DNA of 64,000 nt, taken from assembly GCA_963824165.1 (NCBI GenBank), contig CAWGOM010000002.1:355606-419605 (forward strand), read 5' to 3'. Position 1 is the stretch's first letter, and every line of letters begins with the position of its first letter. A program made the position numbers and the translations under genes. The notes below the pieces were generated by a model that saw only the letters and a list, made by a program, of their open reading frames with translations, did no database searches and was not told where the DNA came from. Of the stretch, positions 49,347 to 58,999 are shown one piece after another. This DNA is from an uncultured Acidobacteriota bacterium. Its GTDB lineage: Bacteria > Acidobacteriota > Thermoanaerobaculia > UBA5066 > Gp7-AA6.

Positions 49347-49437
49347 TCAGGTCTTCGTTTTTCGGGCCCCGGGCCGGTTCTTGCCCAGCTCGAGCTCCAG
49401 TCTCCCGGGGCCTTCGAAAAACGAGAGACCTGACCCC
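49347..49437. terminator. long imperfect palindrome between convergent genes: bidirectional terminator
   Basis: ggggtcaggtcttcgtttttcgggccccgg...ccggggccttcgaaaaacgagagacctgacccc. The outer arms of about 22 nt pair with one bulge, and a T-run follows the stem on both strands. Confidence 0.5.
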
Positions 49438-50000
49438 TACTTCTTTGCGACCTGCGTGAAGCGCAGCGTCTCGCCGCTCTCGACGTTGCGGAAGCGCAGG
49501 TTGCCCGGCTCGAGCTCGACCGACCACTTGCCGATCGCGCCGCGCATCGCGAGCGCGCAGGCCGCGATGCCGAGCGTGTCGCCCGCGAAGCCGTCGCCCT
49601 GCGGCTTGACCGTGAAGCTGCACGCCGAGGTCAGCTCGCGCTCGGTGAAGCGGCCGACGTCGTTCGACAGGACCGTGATCGACGGATCGAAGTGGGGGAT
49701 GTACGTGAAGTAGATGTCCTGCCCCTGCGACTCGAGCCGGATGACGCCCTGCTGGCGGACGCTGTCTCCCTGGAAGCGCCCGCGACACCTGCACGAAGAT
49801 GTCGAACGGATGCGAGGGGTCGATCGTGACCGTGCTCATCTGGAGCAGGAGCTGGTTGCCCGGGCGTCGAGCCCTCGAACCGGCCCTGCAGGATCGAGGC
49901 GATCTCGTAGATGCGGTCCCGGCGTCGCGCGCCGGGAGCGGCGCGGCCGCCGTCAGGACGACGGCGAGCGCAGAGGGTTGCGGTCAGGAGCCTTTTCATG
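49438..50000 (-). CDS. hypothetical secreted protein (frameshifted)
   Basis: N-terminal MKRLLTATLCA... and C-terminal ...FTYIPHFDPSITVLSNDVGRFTERELTSACSFTVKPQGDGFAGDTLGIAACALAMRGAIGKWSVELEPGNLRFRNVESGETLRFTQVAKK in a different frame. No family recognised. Confidence 0.4.
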
Positions 50001-50101
50001 TTGCCTCCGGGGTCCGGAGCTGCGAGATCCGTTCCACGGCCGCGCCGCCGCCGGCGCCCGGGCACGCCGATCGCGGCCGAAGCGGCGGCCCGTCATGCGG
50101 C

Positions 50102-50680
50102 TTACGCCGGTCGCGCGGCCGCCGGCGGGGCGTGCGCCCGGCCAGCGATCGGCGTCTCCTCCGGGGGACGGATTGACCCGATTCGCGGGATCTGCGACAG
50201 GCCCTTGACCGTGCGCTGGAGCGCCTTGCGGAAGGCCTCGTTCAGGGATTCCTCGTCGGCGCCGGAGTAGGCGGGCCGCGTTTCCTGCTCGTTCGCGTCG
50301 AACTCGGTGATCGTCCGGCCGCTGGCGGTGCGGGCGGTGACGGTCCAGTCGACCGCGCTGTCGTAGTAGCGGTCGTTGAAGACGGCCGCGAGGCGGTGGA
50401 CGGCGATCGTGATCGTGGGCGTGTCCGCGCCTGGCCGCCGACCAGCGGCAGCCCGGGAAACGACTTTTCGATCGCCGTCGCGCACCGCGGCGATCATCTT
50501 CTCCGGCGCCGGCCGCCTCGGCCCGCTGGTCGAGGACCTCGAGGTTCCACGACAGGAGGCCGGCCGGGCACGGCACGTCCGGGTTGGGGAAGGAAATCGG
50601 CCGGACTTTGGGCGGCCCGCAGCCGGCGGCGGCGAGGGCCGCGAGGGTCGACAGGGCTACGGCCGCGAGGGTCGACTTCA
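50102..50680 (-). CDS. lipoprotein (hypothetical)
   Basis: MKSTLAAVALSTLAALAAAGC (lipobox LAAAGC). The C-terminal ...TITIAVHRLAAVFNDRYYDSAVDWTVTARTASGRTITEFDANEQETRPAYSGADEESLNEAFRKALQRTVKGL is in a second frame. The start overlaps the WYL regulator stop (ATGA). Confidence 0.55.
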
Positions 50681-51730
50681 TGGCACCCTCAAGAACGCGG
50701 CGAGGCGGCCGTCTTCTTCCGCTTTCCGCCGGCCGACGGGCGGGAATACGTCTTCGCCATCGCCTCGCTTTCGCTCCTGGAGGTCCTCGACGAGCTCGGG
50801 CGGCGACAGGGCCTCGGCGTGCCGTCCGTAGGCGAGGATGAACCGGCGGGCCTCGCGCAGCGACTCGGCCGGCAGCTCGAGGATCGCCTCGCCGTCGGGC
50901 CCCGTTTCGATCTTCTGCTTCGGCGTGCCAGACCATCTCGCGCACCTCGCCGGAGACTTCCCTGCGAAAACCGGACGCGAAAGCGAAACGCCGGGCCCTT
51001 GCCGACGAAGAGCCCGAACGTGTTGCGGAAGAACGCGTCCGCGTCGAAGTCCCTGGGGATCGCGTAGCGCTCGCCGGTGACGCGCGCGCCCTCGATGCGG
51101 GCGAGATAGAAGTTCTTGATCTGCGACTGGTCCTCGGCGAGCACCATCCAGTCGCGGCCCGCGAGCACCAGGGCGTAGGGTCGGATCGTCCGCGGCTCCC
51201 CGGCGCCCTCGCCCGGGTGCCGGTAGCGCATCGAGAGCGCGACGCCCTTCTGCAGGGAATCCGACACGGCCTGCCAGGTCTCCTCCGGCACCGGCCGGAA
51301 CGCCGCCGAACGCAGCGTCAGCTTTTCGCGAACGATCTCGGGCCGCAGCCGCACCGACGGCGGCATCAGGCGCGCGAGTCGCGTGTAGCAGGACGAGAGG
51401 CTGCGCGCGAGGGGCGTCCCGCCCAGGAGCTGGAGCACCTGCGCGGCCACGCCCATCGCGAAGAGGTCCTGCCCGTCGACGGGGAGAAACGGGAGAACGT
51501 AGTCGTTGCGGCGGTAGGCGTAGCCGTTCTCCTCGCGCCGGAACTCGATCGGCGCCTCGAGCTCGTCGCGGAGGTAGTCGAGGTCGCGCTGGACCGTCTT
51601 CGAGGAGACGGAGAGCTCCGCCGCGAGCGAGCTCGTGTTCGGGAAGCGGCCTTCCTTGATCTGGTGGTGGATGAGCTGGAGCCGGCGCCAGAGCGGCCGA
51701 TCCTTGAACGCACCCTCGCGGCCCACGAGC
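50679..51730 (-). CDS. WYL-domain transcriptional regulator (YafY/PafBC-like; C-terminal third frameshifted)
   Basis: HTH PLWRRLQLIHHQIKEGRFPNTSSLAAELSVSSKTVQRDLDYLRDELEAPIEFRREENGYAY. WYL region RTIRPYALVLAGRDWMVLAEDQSQIKNFYLARIEGARV. The C-terminal domain is recovered in another frame (WSGTPKQKIETGPDGEAILELPAESLREARRFILAYGRHAEALSPPELVEDLQE). The start is probably a GTG near 51730. Confidence 0.65.
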
Positions 51731-51872
51731 CGGATTCTCTCCCGGCCCGTGGCAGAAATTGTCCGGCTTGTGCGATTCCGCACGGCCGCGGGTGTCACGG
51801 GCGGCCCGTGCGCGCGCTCCAAGGCATGCCCCTGCAGCGAGTTGGAAAACGTCCCCCGGTGGCTCGCCGCTT

Positions 51873-51890
51873 GCACATCTCCATGTGCAT
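51873..51890. promoter_or_regulatory. perfect palindrome TGCACAT-N4-ATGTGCA overlapping the start codon of a small divergent ORF
   Basis: Read directly: ttgcacatctccatgtgcatcatgcag. Located in the divergent region next to the WYL regulator, so it is a candidate operator. Confidence 0.35.
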
Positions 51891-52083
51891 CATGCAGATC
51901 CCATACGACCTGGAGTTCGTCGAGAACCGGCCCCGAGTCGAGATTCCGGCGCGCGCGGTCGCGCTGCCCGAATCGTACGGCACGTGGCGCGGGCGAGAGG
52001 CCCCGTCGGAGGAGGACGCCTTCGACGCCCTGCTCCACTGGGTCCACCGCGTGATCTCGCGGCTCGAGAGCCCGCACCGCTAG
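51883..52083 (+). CDS. small hypothetical protein (66 aa), divergent from the WYL regulator
   Basis: MCIMQIPYDLEFVENRPRVEIPARAVALPESYGTWRGREAPSEEDAFDALLHWVHRVISRLESPHR. Its GC3-rich codon usage is consistent with coding. No homology recognised. Confidence 0.3.
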   Translation: MCIMQIPYDLEFVENRPRVEIPARAVALPESYGTWRGREAPSEEDAFDALLHWVHRVISRLESPHR

Positions 52084-52152
52084 CAGATCGCGCCCGCGGG
52101 CGTCATCGGCGTCCGCAAGGGCGTCCGCGGGCGGCCGCCAACGGGCCGCCTC

Positions 52153-53107
52153 CTACTTGAGGAGCGGCAGGATCTCCTTCGCCGTCGCCGGCTTCCTTGC
52201 CGCTCGGGTCGAGCTCCAGATACTTCTCGAGGTGCTCTTTCGCCGGGGCCTTCTTGTTCTGGTTGAAGCAGGCCATGCCGAGCCAGAAGTGCGCGTTGGC
52301 GAAATCGGGCTTCGCCTCGACGGCCTTCGACAGTATCGCTCTCGGCGTCCTTCATCTTGCCCTTGTTGTACGCCTCGATGCCCTTGTTGTAGAGGATCTC
52401 GGGCGAGTCGGGATTGGCCTCCGCCCACAGCGCCTGAGAATTCCGCGGCCGCCTTCTTGTCGCCGGACTTGGTCGCGGCGTCCGCCATCATCCGGTAGAG
52501 CTCCGTGAGCGAGGGATCGAGATCGGTCGCCTTCTGCCCGTATTCGATCGCCTTGGCCCAGTCCTGCTTCTCGTAGGCCATCTGCGCGAGCGCCTGCCAG
52601 CCGGCCGGAAGGTCCGGGTTCTGCTTGACGGCGTCGAGGAACTTGGTCTCGGCCGCGGCCTTGTCGCCCGCCTGCATCGCCTCGACGCCCTGGTTGAACG
52701 CCACGACGGCCTTGTCGTTGGACGACATCTGGGGCGCCGCCGCGGCCGCGGCCTTGGTCTGCGCCTCGGTCTTGCTCGTCAGCTTCGCGTTGAGCGAGAT
52801 GGCCTCGCCGATCGGGATCTTCTTGTCCAGGTCGAAGGGCAGGTAGCCCTCCTTCTCGAACTTGAAGTGGTAGGGCATCGTGCAGTCCGGCAGGAGGGTG
52901 CCGTAGACTCCCTTGGCGTCCGTCTTGGCCGCCATGTTGAAGCTCGTGAGATTCGGCGTCGTGATCGTGACCGCCACGTCGGCGAGCACGCGCACCCGCG
53001 GAATCCGTCACGACGCCGGTCACGCGGCACTGGGCACCGGCGTAGAGGTGCCCGGCCGCGAGCAGCGCCGCGAGGCCGGCCGTCGCTCGCATCGTCGTCG
53101 TCTTCAT
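52153..53107 (-). CDS. secreted protein with an N-terminal carboxypeptidase-regulatory-like domain and TPR repeats (frameshifted)
   Basis: Signal peptide MKTTTMRATAGLAALLAAGHLYA. Domain ...RVLADVAVTITTPNLTSFNMAAKTDAKGVYGTLLPDCTMPYHFKFEKEGYLPF. TPR helices (AAETKFLDAVKQNPDLPAGWQALAQMAYEKQDWAKAIEYGQKATDLDPS...). The C-terminus ...AKEILPLLK is in another frame. Confidence 0.55.
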
Positions 53108-53223
53108 GAGCTCTCCTTTGGGCGGGGCGCCCTCGCGGGCCCGTCACCCGTACACCCGGATTCTATTGAAGTCCGGGCCGCACGGGAAAACGGACCGCGG
53201 GCCCGCTGGGATTCCGGGGGCCG

Positions 53224-55103
53224 TCAGGCCGGCGCGCGCGGCTCCCGGGCGGGACGCGGGATCGACTCGAGGACCTCGCCGGCGGTCTTGTACTTGCCCA
53301 TCGGCATGACGTGGATGCCTCGGGCGAGCTTCGCGATGCCGGCGGCGAGCTCCCGGGCGATCGCCAGGCCTTCGGCCTTCTCGTGCTCGGGGCCGCGCTC
53401 GGCGGCCTTGCGCATGCGGTCCTGGATGACGGGGGGGACGACCACGCCGGGGACCTCGTTGGCGAAGAAGAGCGTCTGCTTCAAGGAGAGCAGGGGGATC
53501 AGGCCGACGAGGATGGGGATCGCCCGGGCCTCTGGCCGGTCCAGGAAGCGGGCGAGGGCCTCGAGGTCGTAGACCGGCTGCGTCTGCGCGAAGGTGGCGC
53601 CCGACTCGATCTTCGCCCGCAGCTTCGAGAACTCGACCTCCAGGTCGGCCGCGGCCGGGTTGGAGGCGCAGGCGATCGCGAAGCGCGTCGGCGACCCGAT
53701 CGCGTTGCCCGCGAGGTCGGCGCCGGCGTTCAGGCCCTTGGCCATCCGCAGGAGGCCCAGGACGTCGACCTCGGAGACCTGCTTGGCCTGGGGATAGTCG
53801 CCGATCTTCAGGGGATCGCCGCCGAGGCACAGGATCGCCTTGACGCCGAGCCCGGCGGCGCCGAGCAGGTCCGACTGCAGGCCGAGGACGTTGCGGTCCC
53901 GGGTCGTGATCTGGACGACGGCGTCGAGCCCGACCTCGCGCTGGATGAGGGCCGCCACCGCGATCGAGGACATCCGCAGGCGCGCCATCGGGTTGTCCGT
54001 CACGTTGACGGCGTCGACGCCATGCGCCTTCAGGAGCCGCGCGCCTTCGATCGCCGCCGCGCAGTCGGCGCCCTTCGGCGGCTCGACCTCGGCCGTGACC
54101 ACGAACTCGTCGGGATCGGAGAGCCCCCGTTTCAGGCGCGAGGTCTCGATCGCCGTCTTCCGCGAAGTGCTCGATCTCCGTCTCGACGATCACGGACACG
54201 GGATGGGCGGCCCGCGCGCGACGCTTCCCGCCGAGACCTCGCGCGCCATGGCGCGGATGTGCTCGGGCGTCGTGCCGCAGCAGCCGCCCACGATCGCGGC
54301 GCCGGCCTCGACGAAGGCCGCCGCGTACTCGCGCAGGTAGTCGGGAGACGAGAGGTAGACGCTGCGCCCGTGGACGACGCTGGGGTAGCCCGCGTTGGGC
54401 ATCGCGGAGAGGGGCGTGGCGATCGTGGCGGAGAGCCGGGAAAAGAGCTCGTGCGTCTCCTGGGGGCCGAGGGTGCAGTTCATGCCCGACGGCATCGGCG
54501 CCGGCGAGCACGAGGGTCGAGAGCGCGGGAGCGACCGCTTCGCCGAAGGCCGTCCGGCCGTCGGCGAGGAAGGTCATCTCGGCGACGATCGGGATCTCGG
54601 CGGAAAGCCCGCGCACCGCGCGCACCGCCTCGGCCGCCTCGAGGAGGCTTCCGAAGGTCTCGAGCAGCACGAGGTCGACGCCCGACTCGAGGAGCAGCGC
54701 GCGCCTGCTCCTCGAAGAGCTCGCGTACCTGCGTCAGCCGCAGCGAGCCGTACGGCTTGACGAGCGCGCCGAGCGGGCCGATCGAGCCGGCGACGAAGAC
54801 GTGCTCGCCGGCCGCGGCTTCGCGCGCCACGCGCACGCCCTCGCGGTTGATCTTCTCGAGCGAGTCCGCCCACTCGTGCGTCGTGAGCTTGACGCGGTTG
54901 GCGTCCCAGGTGTTCGTCGTGAGGATGCGCGCTCCGGCCTCGAGGTAGTCGTCGTGGACCTCGCGGACGGACCCGGGGTCGGAGAGGTTCAGCGGCGAGC
55001 GGGCCTGCTCGGGCGAAGCGCCGCGCGAGGTCAGGAGGGTCCCGATCGCCCCGTCGGCGAGCAGCACCTCTTCGGCGATCGTCTTTCGAAAGTCTTTCTT
55101 CAT
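53224..55103 (-). CDS. bifunctional homocysteine S-methyltransferase/5,10-methylenetetrahydrofolate reductase (YitJ-like; frameshifted)
   Basis: N-terminal Hcy-binding domain (LLADGAIGTLL...ILTTNTW...). Cys-ligand region GGCCGTTPEHIRAM. C-terminal MetF domain (MVTAEVEPPKGADCAAAIEGARLLKAHGVDAVNVTDNPMARLRMSS...ILCLGGDP...). A SAM-I riboswitch lies in the leader. Confidence 0.75.
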
Positions 55104-55111
55104 TTTGCGCG

Positions 55112-55290
55112 CAACAAAAAAGCCTCTCGATGAGAGGCGCCGGCCCGTACGGACCGGTTCGCGGCGCCCTCATCTTCTTCTCCTTGGCGGAGAATCCGGA
55201 ATTGGCACCTGTCGATCCGCGCCGCGATGCGCGGTCCGGTTGCCGTGGGGTCACTGGGCCGGTCCCTCACCCACTCTCGATGGGGTCAAA
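55112..55290 (-). ncRNA. SAM-I (S-box) riboswitch with terminator expression platform
   Basis: Minus strand: ...cccATCGAGAGTGGGTGAGGGACCGGCCCAGTGACCCCACGGCAACC...GGTGCCAATTCCGGATTCTCCGCCAAGGAGAAGAAGATGAGGG..., matching the SAM-I consensus (YATCRAGAGNGGYGGAGGGA.GGCCC.ATGA.CC.GCAACC...GGTGC.AATTCC...GAAAGATGAG). It is followed by the terminator gcctctcatcgagaggc + TTTTTT (plus 55116-55139) and a possible antiterminator using catcgagag. The yitJ-like ATG at 55103 lies 13 nt downstream. Confidence 0.8.
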
Positions 55291-55453
55291 GATCTGCCGA
55301 AAGGTTAGGCCCCGGCGTCCCGGAAGTCAACGTGGGGTCAGTCCTGAATTCGTTGATTCCGCGCCGAATAGGGAGGTCGCGGAGGCCTGCTAGAATCGGC
55401 CCGTCCTCATCGCCCGACCGGGCGCTCCGCCGGCTCCTCGAAAGGAGCCGCAA

Positions 55454-55855
55454 ATGTTCCCCGCCCTCGCCTTGAGTCTCCTGTTTCTCGCCGGCGATCC
55501 TTCCGAAGATCCCTGGATCGAGGTCCGTCTCACGATCTCGCGCGACCCCTACACCTCGAGCGACCAGGTCACGCTCTGCCGCGTGCGCGCCATCAACCAC
55601 GGCGGCCGGCGCTGGCCGGGCCGCTCGCTCGCGTTCGAGGCCCGCGCCCGCGGCGGCGGCGTGACCGTGCGCGAGCGCGGCCGCTTCGGCCTGGAGCTCG
55701 CGCCCTACGGCTCGCTCGAGACGCTGATCTCCCTGCCGGGCCGCCACGATTTCGTCGAGGTCACGCCCGTCGCCCCGGGCGACGCCGGCGCGCGCGAGCG
55801 CCGGCCCGGCAAGCCCTCCTCGGGTCAGAAGAAGCGCAAGCGCCCGCGGCCGTGA
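55454..55855 (+). CDS. hypothetical secreted protein
   Basis: Intact 133-aa ORF with RBS aaaggagc, signal-like N-terminus MFPALALSLLFLAG and a basic C-terminal tail. Confidence 0.45.
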   Translation: MFPALALSLLFLAGDPSEDPWIEVRLTISRDPYTSSDQVTLCRVRAINHGGRRWPGRSLAFEARARGGGVTVRERGRFGLELAPYGSLETLISLPGRHDFVEVTPVAPGDAGARERRPGKPSSGQKKRKRPRP

Positions 55856-55882
55856 GAGCCGACGGCGATACAATGCCGGCGC

Positions 55883-57167
55883 ATGAAAATCCTCGTCATC
55901 GGCGGAGGCGGGCGCGAGCACGCCCTGTGCTGGTCGCTCCACCGGAGCCCGTCGGTCGAGGAGATCTTCTGCGCGCCGGGCAACCCCGGCATCGCCGAAG
56001 TCGCGGACTGCCTGCCGGTCTCGGGCTCGGACATCGTCGAGATCGCGGACCTCGCCGACAAGCTCCACGTGGACCTGACGGTCGTGGGCCCGGAGCTCCC
56101 GCTGTCGCTCGGGATCGCCGACGAGTTCATCAAGCGCGGGCTCCCGATCTTCGGCCCCACGCGCCTGGCCGCGCAGATCGAGTCTTCCAAGGTCTTCTCC
56201 AAGGAGTTCTTCTGGAGGCACAAGATCCCGACCGCCGAGGCGACCGTGTGCCAGTCCGCCGACGAGGCGAAGCGGGCGATGAAGCAGTACGGCTTCCCGG
56301 TGGTGCTGAAGGCCGACGGCCTCGCCGGCGGCAAGGGCGTCCTCATCATCGAGTCCGCCGAGGACGCCGAGCGGGCCCTGCGGCTCTTCTTCCAGGAGCG
56401 GGTCTTCGGCGCCGCAGGCGACCGCGTCATCGTCGAGGAGTTCCTGCGCGGCCAGGAGTCGTCGTTCCTCGCGCTCTTCGACGGCGAGGTGTGCGTTCCG
56501 CTTCCGACCGCCCGCGACTACAAGAAGGTCTACGACGGCGACCGCGGCCCGAACACCGGCGGCATGGGCGCGCACTCGCCGGCGGGCGTCCTGAACGCCG
56601 AGACCGCGTCGCAGGTGCTGCGCGACATCCTGTGGCCCACCCTCCGCGGCCTCCAGGCGGAGGGCCGCGCCTTTCGCGGCGTCCTCTACGCCGGCCTCAT
56701 GGTCACCGAATCGGGCCCCAAGGTCCTCGAGTACAACGCCCGGTTCGGCGACCCGGAGACCGAGGTCATCCTGCCTCGGGTCACCTCCGACATGGCCGAG
56801 GTGATGGTCGCCGTCGCCCGCGGGCGGCCTCGAGCGCTTCCTGCCGCTCGAGGTCAAGAACGAGGCCTGCGTCGGCGTCGTCCTCGCCGCCGGGGGATAC
56901 CCGGGCAGCTACGAGCCCGGCAAGCCCATCACCGGGCTCGCCGAGGCCGTGCGGCTGCCGGGTGTCGAGATCTTCCACGCCGGCACCGCGCGCGACGGCG
57001 ACCGCCTCGTCACCGCGGGCGGCCGCGTGATGGTCGTGACGGCCACGGCGCCCTCGATGACCGAGGCCGCCGTGCGCGCCTACGATGCGGCCGACCGGAT
57101 CCAGTTCGAGGGCAAGCACATGCGGCGCGACATCGCCGCCGGGGGAGTCCGGCCCAGCCGGATCTAA
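55883..57167 (+). CDS. purD: phosphoribosylamine--glycine ligase (one frameshift near the C-terminal domain)
   Basis: MKILVIGGGGREHALCWSL...ATP-grasp (FPVVLKADGLAGGKGVLI...EEFLRGQESSFLALFDGE...TGGMGAHSPA...YAGLMVTESGPKVLEYNARFGDPETE). C-terminal domain in a second frame (GGYPGSYEPGKPI...VEIFHAGTA...RVMVVTATAPSMTEAAVRAYDAA). Confidence 0.85.
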
Positions 57168-57175
57168 ACGAAAGC

Positions 57176-57197
57176 GGGCTCCCGAAGGAGCCCGCCG
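57176..57197. terminator. hairpin between convergent purD and the 57219 gene
   Basis: gcgggctcc-cgaa-ggagcccgc perfect stem, with T-rich flanks on both sides. Confidence 0.4.
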
Positions 57198-57218
57198 GTG
57201 TTTCGCCTTCCGGTCTCG

Positions 57219-58226
57219 TCAGTTGCCGCAGAGATCCGTGTCCGCGCACTTCATCTCGAAGTAAGCACCGTCCTGCGTGCCGCCGTCGAGGATGTTCGCG
57301 TAGCCCTCGATCGTCGGGAAGCCCGCGGTGGGGCTCGTGACGTCGGCGAACACGATGACGGACTGGACGCTCGCCGGGATCGCGGCGGTGGACCAGATGT
57401 TGTTGGTCTGACGGACCTCGCCGGGCGCGAGGTTGTTCACGTTGACGAAGCCGCCGACCCGCTGGCCATTGGTCGGCGAGCCCTCCGTCACGTCGTAGAA
57501 CGAGAGCTGCACGCTGACGTCGCCCGACCCGTTCAGGTCGGTGTTCGTGATGCCGAGATTCGTGCGCAGCGCGCCCGCGGCGGTCGGCGCCGCGCGCGTG
57601 TCGCGGATCGTGGCGACGAGCGTCGTGTTGGCGGACTCGAAGAAGAGCGAGCCGGGATAGGCGATGGCGACCGTGCCGAGGTTGGGGTTGCTCTGGTCGT
57701 ACGGGCTGTACGTGCGCGCCGTGACCGTGCCCTCCCAGCCGAAGTTCGACGGGAGGTTCACGAACGTCACGAGGAGAGTTCCGAAGGAGAGATCCTCGGC
57801 GCCCGGCGCGAGAATGCCGAGCGTGCCCAGGTACTGGACGATGTCGTCGGTGTGGAAGTTGTCGAAGGAGAGAAGCGCGATCTCCTCCGTCGGCGTGCAG
57901 CCCTGGAAGACGTTGCTGAACGTGTAGCAGTACTGCAACTGCGCCACGACGCCGGTGACGTCGGTGTTGTTCGTGATGTCGATCGCGGTCCGGAAGAAGG
58001 ACGTGCCCTGCACGCGCGTGACGATGTTGGCCTGCGCGGAGTAGGCGACGGCCGTGGCCTTGGGCTCGAGCTGCGGCGCCCGGGCATCCGCCGACGGCGA
58101 GTTGCGCGTGATGACCCGCGTGGCGCGGCTCGAGTTCAACCCGTTCTCGGCCAGAAGCGGCGAAGCCGCCAGGCCGAGGACGACCGATGCGAGGACCCAG
58201 AGGCTCAGTCGCTTCATTGCTTTCAT
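57219..58226 (-). CDS. secreted hypothetical protein (335 aa), Thr/Asn-rich, with C-terminal Cys pair
   Basis: Intact ORF. Signal peptide MKRLSLWVLASVVLGLAASPLLA. Ends ...GAYFEMKCADTDLCGN. No family recognised. Confidence 0.55.
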   Translation of the reverse strand: MKAMKRLSLWVLASVVLGLAASPLLAENGLNSSRATRVITRNSPSADARAPQLEPKATAVAYSAQANIVTRVQGTSFFRTAIDITNNTDVTGVVAQLQYCYTFSNVFQGCTPTEEIALLSFDNFHTDDIVQYLGTLGILAPGAEDLSFGTLLVTFVNLPSNFGWEGTVTARTYSPYDQSNPNLGTVAIAYPGSLFFESANTTLVATIRDTRAAPTAAGALRTNLGITNTDLNGSGDVSVQLSFYDVTEGSPTNGQRVGGFVNVNNLAPGEVRQTNNIWSTAAIPASVQSVIVFADVTSPTAGFPTIEGYANILDGGTQDGAYFEMKCADTDLCGN

Positions 58227-58381
58227 CTCCTGTTTCGGACGTTCCCGACCCGGTGGAACAGTAGCAAATCCCAGTCCAGGCTGCCGCCCTCGGGTTTTTA
58301 CGGATCTCTCAGCTGAAGCGTCCCGTTTTCGGGACTTTCTGTCCTCAAAACGGTGGAACCGGGCTGCTAGACTCGCCGGCC

Positions 58382-58849
58382 GTGCGCACCGCGGCGGCCG
58401 TTCGGATCCTGACGGGAGTGCTCTGGCTCGCTTTGGGCTGGGGAAAGGCCACGGGCGACTTCGTCACGACGGGCTTTGCCGCGAGCGCCCGGGAAATGGC
58501 CGCCGGGACCTGGCCCTTCTGGAAGGGCTTCCTCGAAACGACCGTGGTGCCTCACGCCGGAGCCTTCGCCTGGGCCTTCGCCCTCTCCGAGATCGCCATC
58601 GGCATCGGCCTCGTCCTGGGCCTCCTCACGCGGGTCGCGGCGGCGGGCGGGATCGCCCTGATGCTGCCAATCCTGCTCGGGAGCGGCCGGGCCGAGCCCG
58701 GCGCGACCTGGGACCAGTGGGTGACGGCGGGGCTGACCGCCAAGTTCACGCTGCTCCTCATGCTCCTGATCTTCGCCGTCGACCCGGGGAAGGTCTGGGG
58801 TCTCGACGGGCGAATCCAAAAGCGCCGGCACGCGACGAAGTTGCGCTGA
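58382..58849 (+). CDS. DoxX family membrane protein
   Basis: Intact 155-aa ORF with four TM helices (ILTGVLWLALGWGK...FLETTVVPHAGAFAWAFALSEIAIGIGLVLGLLTRVAAAGGIALMLPILLG...KFTLLLMLLIFAVDPGKVWGLD). Confidence 0.75.
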   Translation: MRTAAAVRILTGVLWLALGWGKATGDFVTTGFAASAREMAAGTWPFWKGFLETTVVPHAGAFAWAFALSEIAIGIGLVLGLLTRVAAAGGIALMLPILLGSGRAEPGATWDQWVTAGLTAKFTLLLMLLIFAVDPGKVWGLDGRIQKRRHATKLR

Positions 58850-58999
58850 AAGGGGGCGGCCACGCCCCGACCACCGAAGGCAGACCCCCGGCAGTAGGGA
58901 ACGTCGTGCGAAGCACGGCGGTAACGCCGCCCCTACGACCGGAGCACGGACTCGTCCGACGCTCAGAGTAGCGGCGGGGCTTGCCCCCGCCCGCCTTGC

